The notes under the pieces: model-generated
Database searches by the model: none
The model's input: only the letters and a program-made list of their open reading frames with translations
What the model was told of the DNA's origin: nothing
From: Octopus sinensis
Lineage: Eukaryota
Length of the DNA stretch: 64,000 nt
Assembly: GCF_006345805.1 (NCBI RefSeq)
Contig: NC_043000.1
Coordinates: 53,568,001 to 53,632,000, forward strand
Direction of reading: 5' to 3'
In this document: positions 37,094 to 51,835 of the stretch, one piece after another
Numbering within the stretch: position 1 is the first letter of the stretch
Layout: every line of letters begins with the position of its first letter
Translations under genes and position numbers: made by a program

Positions 37094-38247
37094 TGACATA
37101 CTTACACAAATGTGTACTCCCCAGTTTTTGTTTCCTCATAACTTGCAGAAAAATGAATATTTTTTAATGAAATTTTCATCAAATAGCTTTCAAACTGAGT
37201 AGATGACAATTATATTGGAGCTTGTTGTGAAAAAATGAAAATAGAGGGCGTGCACACATACATGCTAATAGATATAACACACAAATCTGTAAAATGAAAC
37301 TTGAAATTTTGAAAAAAAAATATGATGTAGCTAAGCCTAGAATCAAAACCTCACACCTGTAGTAACTAGGAACAAACTATAGTTAAATTAGGTGACGTGC
37401 TCTGAATACTAACCAATCATCTTGCAGTAATATCACCCCATACTATGGAATGTTCTTATATATTCCAGTAGTTCCTGCGCAAATAGAAGTTATAAAAGTG
37501 AAATCACGCTGAAATCAGCGCAGAGGTGGCTAAAGAAACGCTGCACGCTGCAAAGGCTAAATAAGATTCCACAACAGATAGACAGACGCAAGATTGTCAG
37601 TCGTTGATTGACCTGCGTTTAAAAGAATTGCTTCACGCACCATGGACACAATATCTTCACCTCTCGCCACCCAAATAAGAATCCAGTCAATTCTTAGTCT
37701 TACATATAGCAGAAGTGCATTCAAGATCCATAGACAAGAAGCTCATTAAACAGAAAAGTTTTCTTAGTTGCAGCTCAGCCTGGGGTTGAAGGAATCGTCG
37801 ACTATGACGAATAGAGTATTATTCTCGTCTTTCGCATGAAGTTAATGCTTTCTGTTATTAATGTAATTCTGAACTACATTTGCTTCTAGCACACCAACAT
37901 ACACTGATAACAAGCAATTATGCAAAAATGTAATTGTTCTTATATACTCTCGTAAAAATAAACGTTGTTTAAACAACATTGGATTTGGTTTTATATATGG
38001 GACAATACGCCGCCAAACATCATATCAATATATATTAACACCCACTTAACCAACGACAAAGTATAATGTGTATCGGTAAGTGTGTGCGCGCGCCGATCAA
38101 TTCTTTTTTTTTTTTTACATTCACCTCCAATATAATTGAAATCTGTGAGGCATTTATAGAAAATTTCATTAAAAAAATATGCATTTTCTGAAAATTATGA
38201 AATATACAAAGTTAGAGGTGGGAGACATTTAAGTAGGTATGCTGTCA
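37094..38247. mobile_element. Old non-autonomous DNA element with ~170 bp degenerate inverted ends
   Basis: 37094-37260 resembles the reverse complement of 38080-38247 (e.g. gaaaaatgaatattttttaatgaaatttt / aaaatttcattaaaaaaatatgcattttc; caattatattggag / ctccaatataattg). Confidence 0.55.
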
Positions 38248-39849
38248 AGATTATAATCTACATACATATATACATGAATGTTTACTGCACAAGGATTGTA
38301 TAATTTTGTGAAATTTATATTCACTTCTATACAAACATGAACCTATATGTTTTGCGTGTGTGATTGTCAGGTAAATTTCAACTTATATCGTTTTACAGTT
38401 CAATTTTCTACTGGACTACAAAAATGTCCAAACTGCATGATAAAGATAAGCGTTAACCATTTTTGGTGTTAGAACAGAGGTTTCAACGGATTATTCAACT
38501 ACCATTTCTGATTTAGATATAAAGGTTCATCGGTATTTCTAAGCATGATTGCACAGCTGACATGAAGAACGAGGATCAGGTTATAAAGGTGGACAAGAAG
38601 TAAGGTAACAGAAAAGGAAAAACATATCACTGCAAAAATTCATAATTTTGTCAAGGATAGAGTTAAAAGGGTAAAAAAATTTACACGAATAATACACAAT
38701 GGGAACACAATTTATATAATGGCATTACCTTTATGTGTGAAACATTGTTCTGTGAAAGAAAAAATAACTAAAAGGGTCTTAAATCATATTTTCCATTGAC
38801 TTTTTACATATGTTATATTTCTTCTTGGATTTTCTGAAAAATAATCTGAGAAACCTAGCGAAACTTAGCTTAAGAAAGAAAATGTTTCTAACAGGAAAAT
38901 ATGATGCTTTTCTGTTTGTAAGTTTAACGTAAATTTAAAGCGAAATGCAATACATTCTGATATTGAAAACAAATTTGTTTCAAGCTGCTTTTAGTTTACA
39001 TTCAAAATAATACCATTTAATGCTCAATACGATATTTTCCAGGTTTACAACAGTAAAATCCTATTTTTTTAAAACGGAAGTATTAAAACGTTAAAATTCA
39101 TTTAATACAATATTATTCGAAAATATAAGAAAGCATTTATAAGCAATCAAAAGACAAAAAAAGCCACATTATATGCATTTCTCTTGTGTATCTAGCAAAC
39201 TATCATCAATGTTTAAATTAAAGCTGTTTTTGAAGCATTTCAAAATTTAACAGGATGTTAGCAGTTTTTTAAGTAGTTAAAACAAATTCTATAGAAGGAA
39301 AACAAAGGCTATAAATTATAACTGTAAATATCCACTTCTTTTCGAAACTTTGTTCATGCTATGTCATGTGCTTTACATTTTAAAGAGAAGTGATACTAGA
39401 TATTTCGTGTTTCCTTCGCTTTCTTTCATGAATAAATATCTACATCAACAAGTGTACAATTTTGTACATTTAGCTATTGAATCTCTCTCACTGTTAGTTG
39501 GACAAGAATGGGTAAATAAATATAATGTATACAGACTTGTATCTGGTAATTGCTGAGGTTTACCTGCAGTTTGGTGTTGTAAAAAGTGAAAGTAAATTGC
39601 GACAGCTACTGGAAGTGCCGATGGTTAAATTTTATAATTCCATCGTATTTATATTGCATGAAAACGATAAACAGAACATACACAAAACATAACCTATGTA
39701 ACGAGGCCTAGAATCGAAATGTCACAGCTTCAGTAAACTGGTCCAGACCACGCATATCTCACGCCACAGAGAGTGGTCAAAATATTAGTCGTCATTACAT
39801 TCAAACCGCTTTTAATGGAAATTTTAAAAGTAGATCGCTGGAGTGATCA

Positions 39850-40330
39850 TGAATACTAGGATGATCCCCAGTTATGTAATCTGGTTGCTGGGTACCTCGA
39901 GATACACAAAATCGTCCATATCACAAGCTTCACCAGAAAATCTTTGGTTGTGTCATCGAAAACACCACCGGTGATAATTCCTTTACGCTCTAACAATCCA
40001 TCTTCATTTCTTCTCTGAATTCCTATGTAAGATCTCACGACTGCTATCTCTAACACATATAATCTGTATTCACAGACATCTCCACTTCAATTGATCCTTC
40101 TATTTCTTTCTTTCACAAATTCAGCTTTGCTGTACTCACAATTTATTCTCTTATGCCTCTTCTGTAGGTGAGATTCTGACCTCGAGCTAATTCCAGTCAA
40201 ACTTTCGACCTTTTCTACAGAGATGATGACTGCCAAACTGCTGTTGCTGCATCACACCGTGTCCTGGCTTTTGACTGTAATTATTACCTCCTCGCCCTTA
40301 CTCTTCTATTCCACACCACATTTCTTCAAG
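39850..40330 (-). mobile_element. Highly decayed LINE-like coding relic
   Basis: Purine-rich minus strand with a weak resemblance to an RTE C-terminus. No clear motif. Confidence 0.3.
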
Positions 40331-42837
40331 TTCCCCACACGACTTCACCACTGAAATTTATATTCACTTCAGTCAGACATTATCACTACACACACGATTC
40401 CTAACACAATCACTCTTCTTCACAACCCGACTGTTATCTGCGTGGTTATCTGCCTGAATCTTTTCTCATCTCTTGTCGTACCCAACTTCAGTGGTTTCTT
40501 TTTCCCGCTCATGCTGTAGCAGTTGTCTCTGCTTGCAAAACAATATTATCCTGCATTTATTAATGTCCACTTTCCATGCAACTGACTTTTTCTTGCACCT
40601 CTAAAAGTACACTTTATTGAAACTCAGTGGTTTATATATATACCAAGAAGAGAAGCCGGTTAGATATTAGCTGATCGATTTAGTAAGGATCTACTGGATC
40701 TATATCAGAATAACTACAAATCTCTGAAACCGTTCCCTGTCATTTCAGTCAGCCTATATGACCTTGGATGCTCCTTCAAATTGTTATCAAGCAAATGACT
40801 GACTGAAGGTATGACTCATGTATGAGCAACATCAGTTAATTTAATGCCAACATATATTTAATGTAGTGCAGGTCAAAATTATGAGAATAATTTACTTGCT
40901 GAGGACATGACAACATCAATGAAATTAATTTAATCATTTTAGGAACTACAATTTAACTTCAGAAATTTCCTCTTAGCTCTTTTTTTGTGTCTAAAAAGTA
41001 CTTGAAACTTTCAATACTATATTGACATCTACGTACATGTTCAGAATGAAATAAATATAAAACTCTATCTTAATTTTAAGAAAACCCCTTGCAGGAATAA
41101 GGTATTTTATCTAATCGAATATGTATTTATGGCTTTAGTGATGGTTCAATATGATTTCATCATAAATTGAATGATGCTTGTTAATGCATTAAAGATTTAA
41201 TGAGTATATTGAACAATTTTACGTAATAATACGTTAAGTACTATTACGTAATATTCAGTCTACAATCAATATAATAACTCGTCATATTTATTTCTGATGT
41301 TCCTTTATGAAAGTAGGTTTTAATGTTGGCTATTAATGGATAAGCTATTAAATATAATGTAAGACGGTGCAACAGTAGAAACAGTGAATACTTAATCTAA
41401 ATGCACATTGTAAAAATAAATGAATAATAAAATTAGGGCTTATTAAAATAACCGATTTCCTTTTACATAAGCATCACAGTATAAGAGGTGATATTAAATG
41501 ATATTATATGACGTAGGAGAATTAATAATAAAAGGAGAGTGTTTCGATTTCGAAAATGGAGTCGGTTCGTTATGAATATAGTGCTTCGTGATGAGAGTGG
41601 TCCGTTAAGAATAAGAAGCTACCAATTGTAATCTTATTAGGAGTGTCCAACCTGAGATTAGCATTTACTTTGATCAGACTCACTGTCCCTAATTTATAGA
41701 AGGATTTGAATATTGAAAGTACTCATGTATTTGCCACATAATACGTCTCTGTAAATGTCATGAAAAGTTTCACTGGTTTATCCACTTCACTGATCTTTTG
41801 AAAGTGTTTCGCCATGTTAAAACCGATATGTAAAATTAATTTATTTTCCACCTGATATATCTTGTTAAATCTCTTTTATCAACTCCCTATATCTATTTTA
41901 CTGAATCGACGATACTTCAAATAAATCAAAAGGCTTTCCTTATTATTTTTTTTACCTTTCGCAAAGAACTACTAACATAAATAACGAAGATTATCGAAAG
42001 CAATGTAGCTGCTGTCTAAAGCCTATATTTTATACGTTTTCATAAAGATTATTTTTCTCTCTGTTTCTCTTTCTCTCTAGATAAGGGCTACTGTGAAGAA
42101 TTATGACAGGGAATTATTGATATTTTATTCTCAACTGCATTTTTGCTTTCCCCCAAATAGTTTTTTTCTATATAAATTTGCAAAGCAACGCATTCAGAAA
42201 TAAAGAACACACACAAGGGATAATAAAAGAAAGGTTACAACCCAGAGGGAATTGAACCTAGATATCTCTGTAGGTTCTTTCATATATTGGTTTCAGATTT
42301 TGGGACAAGGTCAGCCATTTTAAGGATGGTGTCAGTTATATCGATTCCTGTTTTTGACTGGTGCTCTAATTTATCGAAGGAATGAAAGGCAAAGTCGACT
42401 TCGATAGGATTTGAACTCAGAGCGTAAAGAGCCGGAAGAAACACAGATAAGCATTTTGTCCAACGTGCTAACGATTCTGCCAGTTTACCGCCTTTTTAAA
42501 AAAAAACATAGCACTACCTATCCTACTTCCGCTGACGATTATGCATTCCTATTTTAATACTTTTATAGGACTAAAGCCGAAGGTTGATATCCCTTTAGAT
42601 CTTTTGCAATGTATTGTCATTTAACAATTATTTACTAAAATCTCTTCTTTATGACATATTACATTATGACATATTACAAATTCAGTGTTGCTGAATATTG
42701 CAAAGCTTTTGTCACCTCGATTATTTACTTGCTCGCCATATTTGATATGTTAGGTCTTAGTTATAGGCCAAAACATTACTGCGGGAAAATACTCTTGGAC
42801 AAAATTTCCACCGAGTTATAGTGATTTACATCGTCCC

Positions 42838-43136
42838 ATGTATGTATGTATGTATGTATGTATGTATGTATGTATGTGTGTATGTATGTATGTGTGTATG
42901 CATGTGTGTATGTGTGTGTGCATGTGTGTATGTATGTAAGCATGTATGTATGTATGAATGTATGCATGCATTCATGCATGCATGTATGTATGTATGTATG
43001 TATGTATGCATGTATGTATGTATGTATGAATGTATGCATGCATTCACGCATGTATGTATGTATGCATGTATGTATGTCTATTATTATTGTTATTGTTGTT
43101 GTGATTGTTGTTGTTATTGTTGTTGATGATGATGTT
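42838..43136. repeat. (TATG)n plus (TTG/ATG)n microsatellites
   Basis: Direct reading. Confidence 0.95.
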
Positions 43137-43267
43137 ATTTTTGCTGAAGCAACAGAGTAACTCAAGGACCGAGAGTTCCGCGCGTTAGCGCTTCTGAAAT
43201 TCATTAAAAAAATATATATATACACATATTTTAACTCATATTTTTCCTGTTAGCATCGCAAACCAAT

Positions 43268-43312
<45 letters not shown>

Positions 43313-44210
43313 GCTCTACAACTACAAAGAACAGTTTGAGGTTTGGGCAAAGATGAACTGACCATGAAATAGGGAACTGCAAGTTGTTGAAAGTTTGTAT
43401 GGTGGTGTCCAACTTTCAAAGCCAGTCTTGAACCTATGAAAGTCCAGATTTAAAATGACAAGCACAGGATACTTATATGCGCATAGCTTCAGCAGCCCTG
43501 ACGGAACATTGCTTTTCTTTATGTTCAAAGGTATGTTTATGCAATGCCGGGTTGAAATCTGATCGGAACGATTGTACAGAGGCAGAGTCCCTGTTGATGA
43601 GTTCCGAGTCAAAATTATGTACTTCATCGGTAAATAAAGACAGAGCTAAACAATCATTTAAGGGATTGTGAAGAAGAAAAGCTATCAAACTAGCTACAAG
43701 CATATGTCTACGAGAAGGTTGTTATACTCGAATTCGCGTATGCATGTTGCATTTGTATCTGCATATATTTCCTTCACTCTCTGTTCATCCATACAAACAC
43801 AGAACACACACAAAATGCACATATGCACACATTCATAAATAAAGACAATATGGACATACCTCAACTGACGTCGGTAATTGGTTCCAACACATGCGATTTT
43901 TCTCTAGAAAGGACGTAACATGAAAAACATTTTAAAGATTTAGCAGCCCGGTTTGCACATATTTTCACATGTATTTTTATTTGATTCTCCACTCCATTAT
44001 TGGTTTCTAAGTGCTTTTTTTTTTAATACTTTGAAATAATTGTACGCTGAAATCAACATAAAGTCAGATAAATCTCTGAAGTTGAGGTTTATATTTTTCC
44101 ACATATTTCTTCTAAAAAAACAATGTTTAAATCGAAGAAGACGTAACTCGATGCCAGAATTTATTTGTCATTTTAAAATTACTGACAGATTAATTAGAAA
44201 TAAATAATGA

Positions 44211-44822
44211 GGTTAATATTGACATTATTACCCGGAAACAAAATCGAAAATAAAACATAATAGTGCAACGGTTGTAAAAAAAAAAAGGTATAGAAAACGA
44301 ATATGAAAACAAAAATGTCCGGAGAGCAACAGGAATAGGGAGAGGGCTTCGGAAAATTCACAAGATCCGATGTTTCCCTTCATAACGTTTAGGAAAATGT
44401 TTTTTTAAATGAAATTTTATTTAAATACCCGTCAAGCAGTATAGATTACGATTATAAAGAAATTTGTGTGGAAAATCTTTTCGAGGGACTTCAGAGAATC
44501 CACAAGATCCGATGTTTTCCCCTCGTAACTTTGAAGAAAATGGATATCTTTTTCCTTCACACCAGCGTAGGAAACGAATCTGAAAACAAAAATGCGCGGA
44601 AAGCAACAAGGGTGGGGGTGGAGGGGACTTCGAAAAATTAACAAGATTCACAAAATCCGAGATTTTCCCTCGTATCTTTGAGGAAAATATAATCCTTTTG
44701 AAATCACAAATTAGGATCTTCCGCAGGAACTTGGATGGCAAACATCCATTTGAAGGGTTCGGGTCTTTACTTATACTATATATATATATATATTCATACA
44801 CACGCACCTGTCTGTCTGTCTG

Positions 44823-44904
<82 letters not shown>

Positions 44905-45448
44905 GTAGAAGTAAAGAGCAAAACCCTTTAAAGGGATGTTTAGCATCTAAGTTAGTGAGGAAAAGCCTAATTTATGATTTCAAAAGGATTATATTTTCCT
45001 CAAAGTTACGAGGGAAGCACTCGGATATTGTGAATTTTCCGAAGTCCTCTCCAACCACCCTACCCCGTTGCTTTCCGCGCATTTTTATTTTCAGATTCTT
45101 TTCCAACGTGGGTGTGAAGTAGAGAGATATCCATTTTCCTCAAAGTTACGAGGGAAAAACATCGGATCTTGTGAATTTCCCGAAAAGATCTTCCCTACAG
45201 ATTTCTTTATAATCGTAATCTATACCGTTTGAAAGGTATTTATATAAAATTTCATTAAAAAAATCTATTTTCCTAAAAGTTATTTGGGTAAAACATGGGA
45301 TCTTGTGAATTTTCCGAAGGCCTCTCCCCCAATACCCGTTACTTTCCGGGCATTTTTGTTTTCATATTCGTTTCCTCCACCTTTTTTTACACCCGTTGCA
45401 CTATTATTTTTTCGATTTCGTTTCCCGGTAATAATGTCAACGTTAGCC
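44211..45448. mobile_element. Fold-back element with ~500-580 bp modular inverted arms and a microsatellite centre
   Basis: 44211-44790 resembles the reverse complement of 44890-45448. Each arm has 3 copies of cacaagatccgatgttttccctcgtaactttgaggaaaat. Confidence 0.8.
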
Positions 45449-45450
45449 AA

Positions 45451-45512
45451 TAGTAATAATAATAATAATGTTGTTGTCGTCGTCGTCGTCGTCGTCATCA
45501 TCGTCATCATCG

Positions 45513-45606
<94 letters not shown>

Positions 45607-45636
45607 TATTATTATTACTATTATTATTATTATTAA
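45451..45636. repeat. (CGT)/(CAT)n/(TAT)n trinucleotide array
   Basis: Direct reading. Confidence 0.95.
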
Positions 45637-46274
45637 CTGAGCTTTTTAGATTTTCAAAAGCTTTCACTTTGGCAGACGATATTCTATACATGTACAAACA
45701 ACAGTATTCTCAACATGATAATTTTAAACTCCTCATCATAGTTTTGAGAACACTGAGTGGATTTGCTTTGATATCGGAACCGATTCACTGAAGTCACTCG
45801 CTTTTACTCTAGTGAAACTAAATGCTATTTCCCCATGTCATTAACCACAATAATTACAGTCGACCATTTATATTACGACCATTAATTCACGATATAAAAA
45901 AAGTAACGAAACCAAAAAATTGCTAAAACAAATTTCATTAAATTTTCTATAAAAAACACAAATAATAATATTTCAAGCATGTATAGTTAATTATATTTGT
46001 TTAAGTATAAAATATTTAATTGTGTAAAATATATTTAACAACAGTAGTATTATATGGTCCAATATGACTGACTCCATCAGATTCTGCTTTAGGATTACAT
46101 GCACAGCATCTTGTTTCTCCTATATTGCTTCATAAAATGTTATTCATGTTAATAAAATATTTATTAGAGAACAGCATAGTTTATATTCAAATTTTTGTTT
46201 TCGTTATGTGGATGATTAAGACGAATATTCCGGACAACGCCACCAAGGAACTCCGCAACAGTCTTATCTTTTAT

Positions 46275-46892
46275 CTTTTACTTGTTTCAGTCATTTGACT
46301 GCGGCCATGCTGGGGCACCACGTTGAAGGATTTCAGTCGAACAGCTGGATCCTAGGATTTATTTTTCGAAGCCTCGTACTTATTCTATCGGTCTCTCTTG
46401 CCAAACCGCTAATGTTACGGGAACGTAAACACACCAACAGCGGTTGTCAAGCAGCAGTGGGGGATAAACACAGATACAGACACACACACATAACTTTAAA
46501 CATATACTCTTTTACTTGTTTCAGGCATTTGACTGCGTCCATGGTGGAGCACCACCACAAAAGGGATTAGACGAAAAAATCGACTTCAGGACTTATTATT
46601 TGCAAGCTTAGTACTTATTCTATTGATTCTTCTGCCGAGTCTAAAAGTCACGGGAACATAAACACACCAACATCGGTTGTCAATCGATGGTGGGAGAACA
46701 AACACATACACAAATACACACACATATAATTACGACGTGCTTTTTTCAGTTTCCGTCTACCATATCCACTCGAATGCTTTGGTCGGTCCGAGACTATAGT
46801 AAAAGACACTTCCTCGTAGTGCCACGCAGTGGGACTGAACCCGGAACCATGTGGTTTGGATGAATACTTCTTACCACACAGTCATGTCTGCA
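46275..46892 (-). mobile_element. SINE with duplicated 3' half
   Basis: Head at 46735-46892 and two diverged tail copies at 46275-46490 and 46508-46725. Confidence 0.8.
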
Positions 46893-47402
46893 ACTTGTGG
46901 ACATTTTCCCAGTGACCTTTTTTTTCTGTGACTTTATTTTTGACTTTTTCTGAAACATTTTCGTTGAATTCTATTGTACATGGGAAAACAATTATCTATT
47001 TTCCTTTGCCTTACAAGATAGGTCTTCTTTTCTTTTTTCGGGAGATTTAGGAGTTATTTCTAGCATGCCAAGCTAGTTTCCCATATTGATATTTGGCATA
47101 ATATTGAAGCCGAGAACTTAGAGAAACGATCACATATAGTCCGGAGCTGAAATAATTATTGATATCTGTGGTGCTTTCTCTAGATAAAAGAGATATGTTG
47201 ATTTATATATACTTACTTATCAAAGAAAAAATTTCGATCAGCTTAACAAAAAAAAAAACAAGAAAAAAAAACAAAGCAAGCCGAAAGAAAACTATTAAAC
47301 TTCAAAGTCTAACAATATTTAGAAAGGAAGCCACATAGACACTCACAGGCACAATACAAAAACACAATTAGACATACACATACACATACATAATAATACA
47401 TA

Positions 47403-47940
<538 letters not shown>

Positions 47941-48684
47941 AACATATATGATAGCTCTGAAGTGATAATTTAATATTGTAGAACCGTTACAGTTTTAGTG
48001 CCTTTGAAAATAACTAATGTTAACACCCGCTATCCATATAACAGAAGGCTTGGTATAAGCTCCAGCTGTAATACGTATGCTGTTAAATATTATATTACGT
48101 TGTTAAACGTTAAAATGTAAAATAATAGCTTTAACTTTTATTTGAAGACCATAAATAAAAAAAAAATGTTTTGTAATTGTTTAGCCTCCAGGTCAATATT
48201 GATCGAACGGATCTCTGATAAAAGCATTCTTACCAATACAATTCCCCTTTTTATGGGTATCAAGAATGATATTACATAATATACTCTGCATTAGAATATT
48301 ATCTGAAAGGTATTTGGTATTTATTTCTAGCAGGTTGTGTAACATATAGGCTATCACTCTTTAACATGCAAATGAAGTTCTGAAACCTCTAGCAGGGATC
48401 CAAATGAAATAGGAAAAAATAGTCGATTCTAAATTAGTAATCTTCTCTACTTATGATTTCAAAAATTTCTGGGGAAAATTTTAATTATTCAGTTATCGCC
48501 ATTTCAAAAAATAATGTTTAGCCATCGTGCTCTAAAGACGATTATGCGCTGATATTTATATATGTAATTTTTAAGTTTATCTCTATAGATTTTCTATAGA
48601 ATTCAGAACCTTCGCAGCAAGTTACATTTCGTATGCGAATCTCTCCTTGTAAACTATCCGATCGAAGATAGAAAAAATAGGTTA

Positions 48685-48732
48685 TGGTTGTATATGCATA
48701 TTTCAAGAGTTATTGCTCTTTCATCAGCGCCA
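48685..48732 (-). ncRNA. Type I hammerhead motif (AUA cleavage triplet, stem I decayed)
   Basis: Minus strand: tggcg / CTGATGA / aagag-caataa-ctctt / GAAA / tatgcata / TA / caacca. Stem III is palindromic. Confidence 0.68.
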
Positions 48733-49213
48733 CATCCAACCCATCAACTATCTACAAACTCGTTGTTTAAACACCCACTAAATTTTAGCGGTATAACATA
48801 ATTGGCTACAGCAATTTACGTATCAAACGCATTACTGGCAACTGGTACGTAAATATTAATTGCTTGCAAGAACACAGTATTTAGTTTTGCAAGCATAATA
48901 TTATATCAAGTACAGTAAAAGTTTTAGAAGTCAATATTTTGCATAAGGAGAAGATCGCACTGCTGACACAATATGAGAACATCGCACTGCTAACACAAAA
49001 TTAAGACACAGTATTGACTTGAAAACCTTTAATATACTTTACAGTATAGCATGGTTGCAAAACAAAATACTATGTCCTTTACTAGCAATTAATATTTACG
49101 TATCAGTTACAAAAGAATGTGTTTAATATGCAAATTGGTTTATCCAACAGTATTACAACGTTAAAACTTAGTGTGTTTCTAAGCAATTCACTCGTGAATA
49201 GCTGGGTTGGATG

Positions 49214-49242
49214 TGGCGCTGATGAAAAAGCAGTAAACCTTG

Positions 49243-49278
<36 letters not shown>

Positions 49279-49280
49279 CC
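49214..49280 (+). ncRNA. Degenerate hammerhead copy with stem III replaced by (TA)n
   Basis: tggcg / CTGATGA / aaaagcagtaaacctt / GGAA / (ta)n / cacccc; the inverted partner of 48685-48732. Confidence 0.5.
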
Positions 49281-51030
49281 CTTACCGATTTTTCTATCTT
49301 CGGTCGCATTGTTTAAGTGAATATTTTCGTATATGAAACGTAACTTGCAGTGATAGCTCAAAATTCTATAGAAAATCTATATATAAACTCAAAACAGGGA
49401 AAATCTCAGTGCTTACAGAGAGGTATAGCTGAAATAATCGCCGAGCTCCCTCATCTTCCTCAAAATTTTAAGGCTTTTCTTTTGTTGAAAAGATATTTAC
49501 ATATGCAACAGAAATTTACTTGTCACCCAAACTTTTGATAACTAATTTGAGAACAAAACAGCATTTATTTATGTTGTATGGTATTTGATATACTTACGTA
49601 TTTTCTATATACATATACACACATGTACACATACATAAATTGTTTGTATGTGTTTGCACGTGTAGGTGGCATCGAGAAAGCTTACGGAATATGGGGTGTT
49701 CTTGTAGAGCAATGACTGATTAATTTGTCCTAGTTGATTCTGAAATAATTGTTTGGAAGCGCTTATGTTTATTACCTTTGCTGTTGTGTTGTTGATGTTG
49801 TTGTTGTTTTTGTTGATGATGATGGCGATAGTGGTGGGTGTGTTGTTGAAGTTGTTAGTTTGTTTATAGCGATCATATTGCTGTATATAGCAAATCAACA
49901 CTGCCTGTATAGGTACTTGGTACAAAGTGATCGCAGAGCAACGCAAGTGAGATTAAATGTTTTGCCTAAGAACACAACGCCTCAGTCGGTCCAGGAGCGG
50001 AAACCATGATTTTACAGTCGTGAATATAACATCCTAAGCCAAGTTATCGTGATTAATTTTGCCAAATCAATTTTGCCTATTCAACATTTAGATATTCCTC
50101 AGCTTTCCTTTGCAATAAATATGTTCGTAAATCTTATTGCTATGCCTTATTGAATTGCATATACTACAACACTTTATTAAATATTTTAAAAAGTTAAAAT
50201 CTGTGCCTTGTAGTGATACCTTGAGAATTCCTCCTAGCCTGTTTCTTGAGTTAATTTAGTGTTCTCGTGTGTTTATGGAGCGAAGGGTTTAATAAGGAAG
50301 ACGTCAGATGCGTTTGATGTGTGCTTGAAGTAGGAACAGAAGAAAATGAGATAGACACTAAACCCGTTAGCACATTTTCTTTCTTCTTGTGAGGAGAGCT
50401 GATGCATATAGCAACAAAATTTTATTCTACTTCGCATCACTGTTGCTATTGTAAATCGGGAAGCTTCGCTACGAATGTATACTGAATATGTTGAGAAGCT
50501 ACTCCTCGAAATATTGCACTGCAGACGTAAGAGAAGACCGTCCATGCATTTGTGCAAACTGTATGATTATTAGAATCATGCCAATATTTTTTTTCGTTGT
50601 TAAGCCGACAAAACTGTTTCTTTGATGTGTATTTCTAAATCAATATCTCTCTTATCAGAAAAAAAAATTGTTCAATTAACGATATCAATAGTTATCAATA
50701 ATTAAAAGCAGAGACTATGAATTTTGCTTTTACAGGCTCCCAGTTCGACTAGGGATATAATAAAAGTCATCGTTATAATGAAAGGACTGGTTGCATCGCT
50801 GCTGTTAATATTGGCAAGTAGCCTTAAATTTGATAAGAAGGACGGTCGATTAAATCCATCTCATTACTCAGTTTGTACTTCTTTTGTCGAGACGGAATAG
50901 GCTGGAAAGCAAAGTCAACAGGCTTATAATATATTGAATTGAGATCATGACGTTTTGGGAGAAAGAAATAAATCATCTGAAAATAGGGAAGGTTCAAAAC
51001 AACTACCTCATACAATTATCAAACATCTGA

Positions 51031-51079
<49 letters not shown>

Positions 51080-51253
51080 ATATACATATCATAATGGCAA
51101 ATGATGTAAATAAGACCACAAGTCTTGTGAAATACAGCTACCCAGGGTTTTCCTGGCCGAAACCATGATTTAACTTCACTCTCTTAACTGATAGAGTGCT
51201 GTTCTACTCAACACATCATATATATATATATATGTGTGTATGTGTGTGTGTGT

Positions 51254-51294
<41 letters not shown>

Positions 51295-51329
51295 GTATGT
51301 GTGAGTGTATGTGTGTGTATGTATATGTA

Positions 51330-51399
<70 letters not shown>

Positions 51400-51459
51400 C
51401 CTGTCTATCTAACTATATATCTCTCTCTATATATATTATTTATTTATTTATTTATTCAT

Positions 51460-51786
51460 TATTTTTATTTTATTTTATCTAGTTTCAGCTCACGAGCTGT
51501 GGCCATGCTGGGGCACCGCCATTTGGTGTTGCTACATGATTTTACTTCACGAATGTTTTTAGCAATTGCCATTTGGTGCATGAGAGCGTTCGATGCAGCT
51601 GTCCTCATCTGCACCTCCTGCCGTGAAGTTGGTCCAGCTGGGACACCTGACAGGAAGAGATCCAGTTTTATTTTAAAGACATCTGCATCCACCCCATGCA
51701 GGTCTCTCAGGTTCTTCGGGAGGATATTGAAGAGCTGTGGGCCTCTGAAGCCCAGGCTATCAAAGTATTTTGTCCTACATTTTGAT

Positions 51787-51789
<3 letters not shown>
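51460..51789 (-). mobile_element. 5'-truncated CR1-group LINE 3' end
   Basis: ..SLGFRGPQLFNILPKNLRDLHGVDADVFKIKLDLFLSGVP.. resembles a CR1-group ORF2 C-terminus. Followed by a 3' stem-loop and an (ATAAA)n tail. Confidence 0.75.

Positions 51790-51835
<46 letters not shown>

Larger units (their letters stand above)
48428..49553. mobile_element. Old fold-back element with ~500 bp diverged arms, each with a hammerhead motif
   Basis: 48428-48940 resembles the reverse complement of 49008-49553. Central direct repeat atcgcactgct.acacaa occurs twice. Confidence 0.75.

Noticed and set aside
43320-43703. Overlapping short ORFs in non-repetitive sequence
   Set aside because: No recognisable motif in any frame.
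51140-51172. ccagg-gtttt-cctgg cc GAAAC catg as a hammerhead half
   Set aside because: The CUGANGA core and stem I cannot be identified; at most a badly decayed relic.
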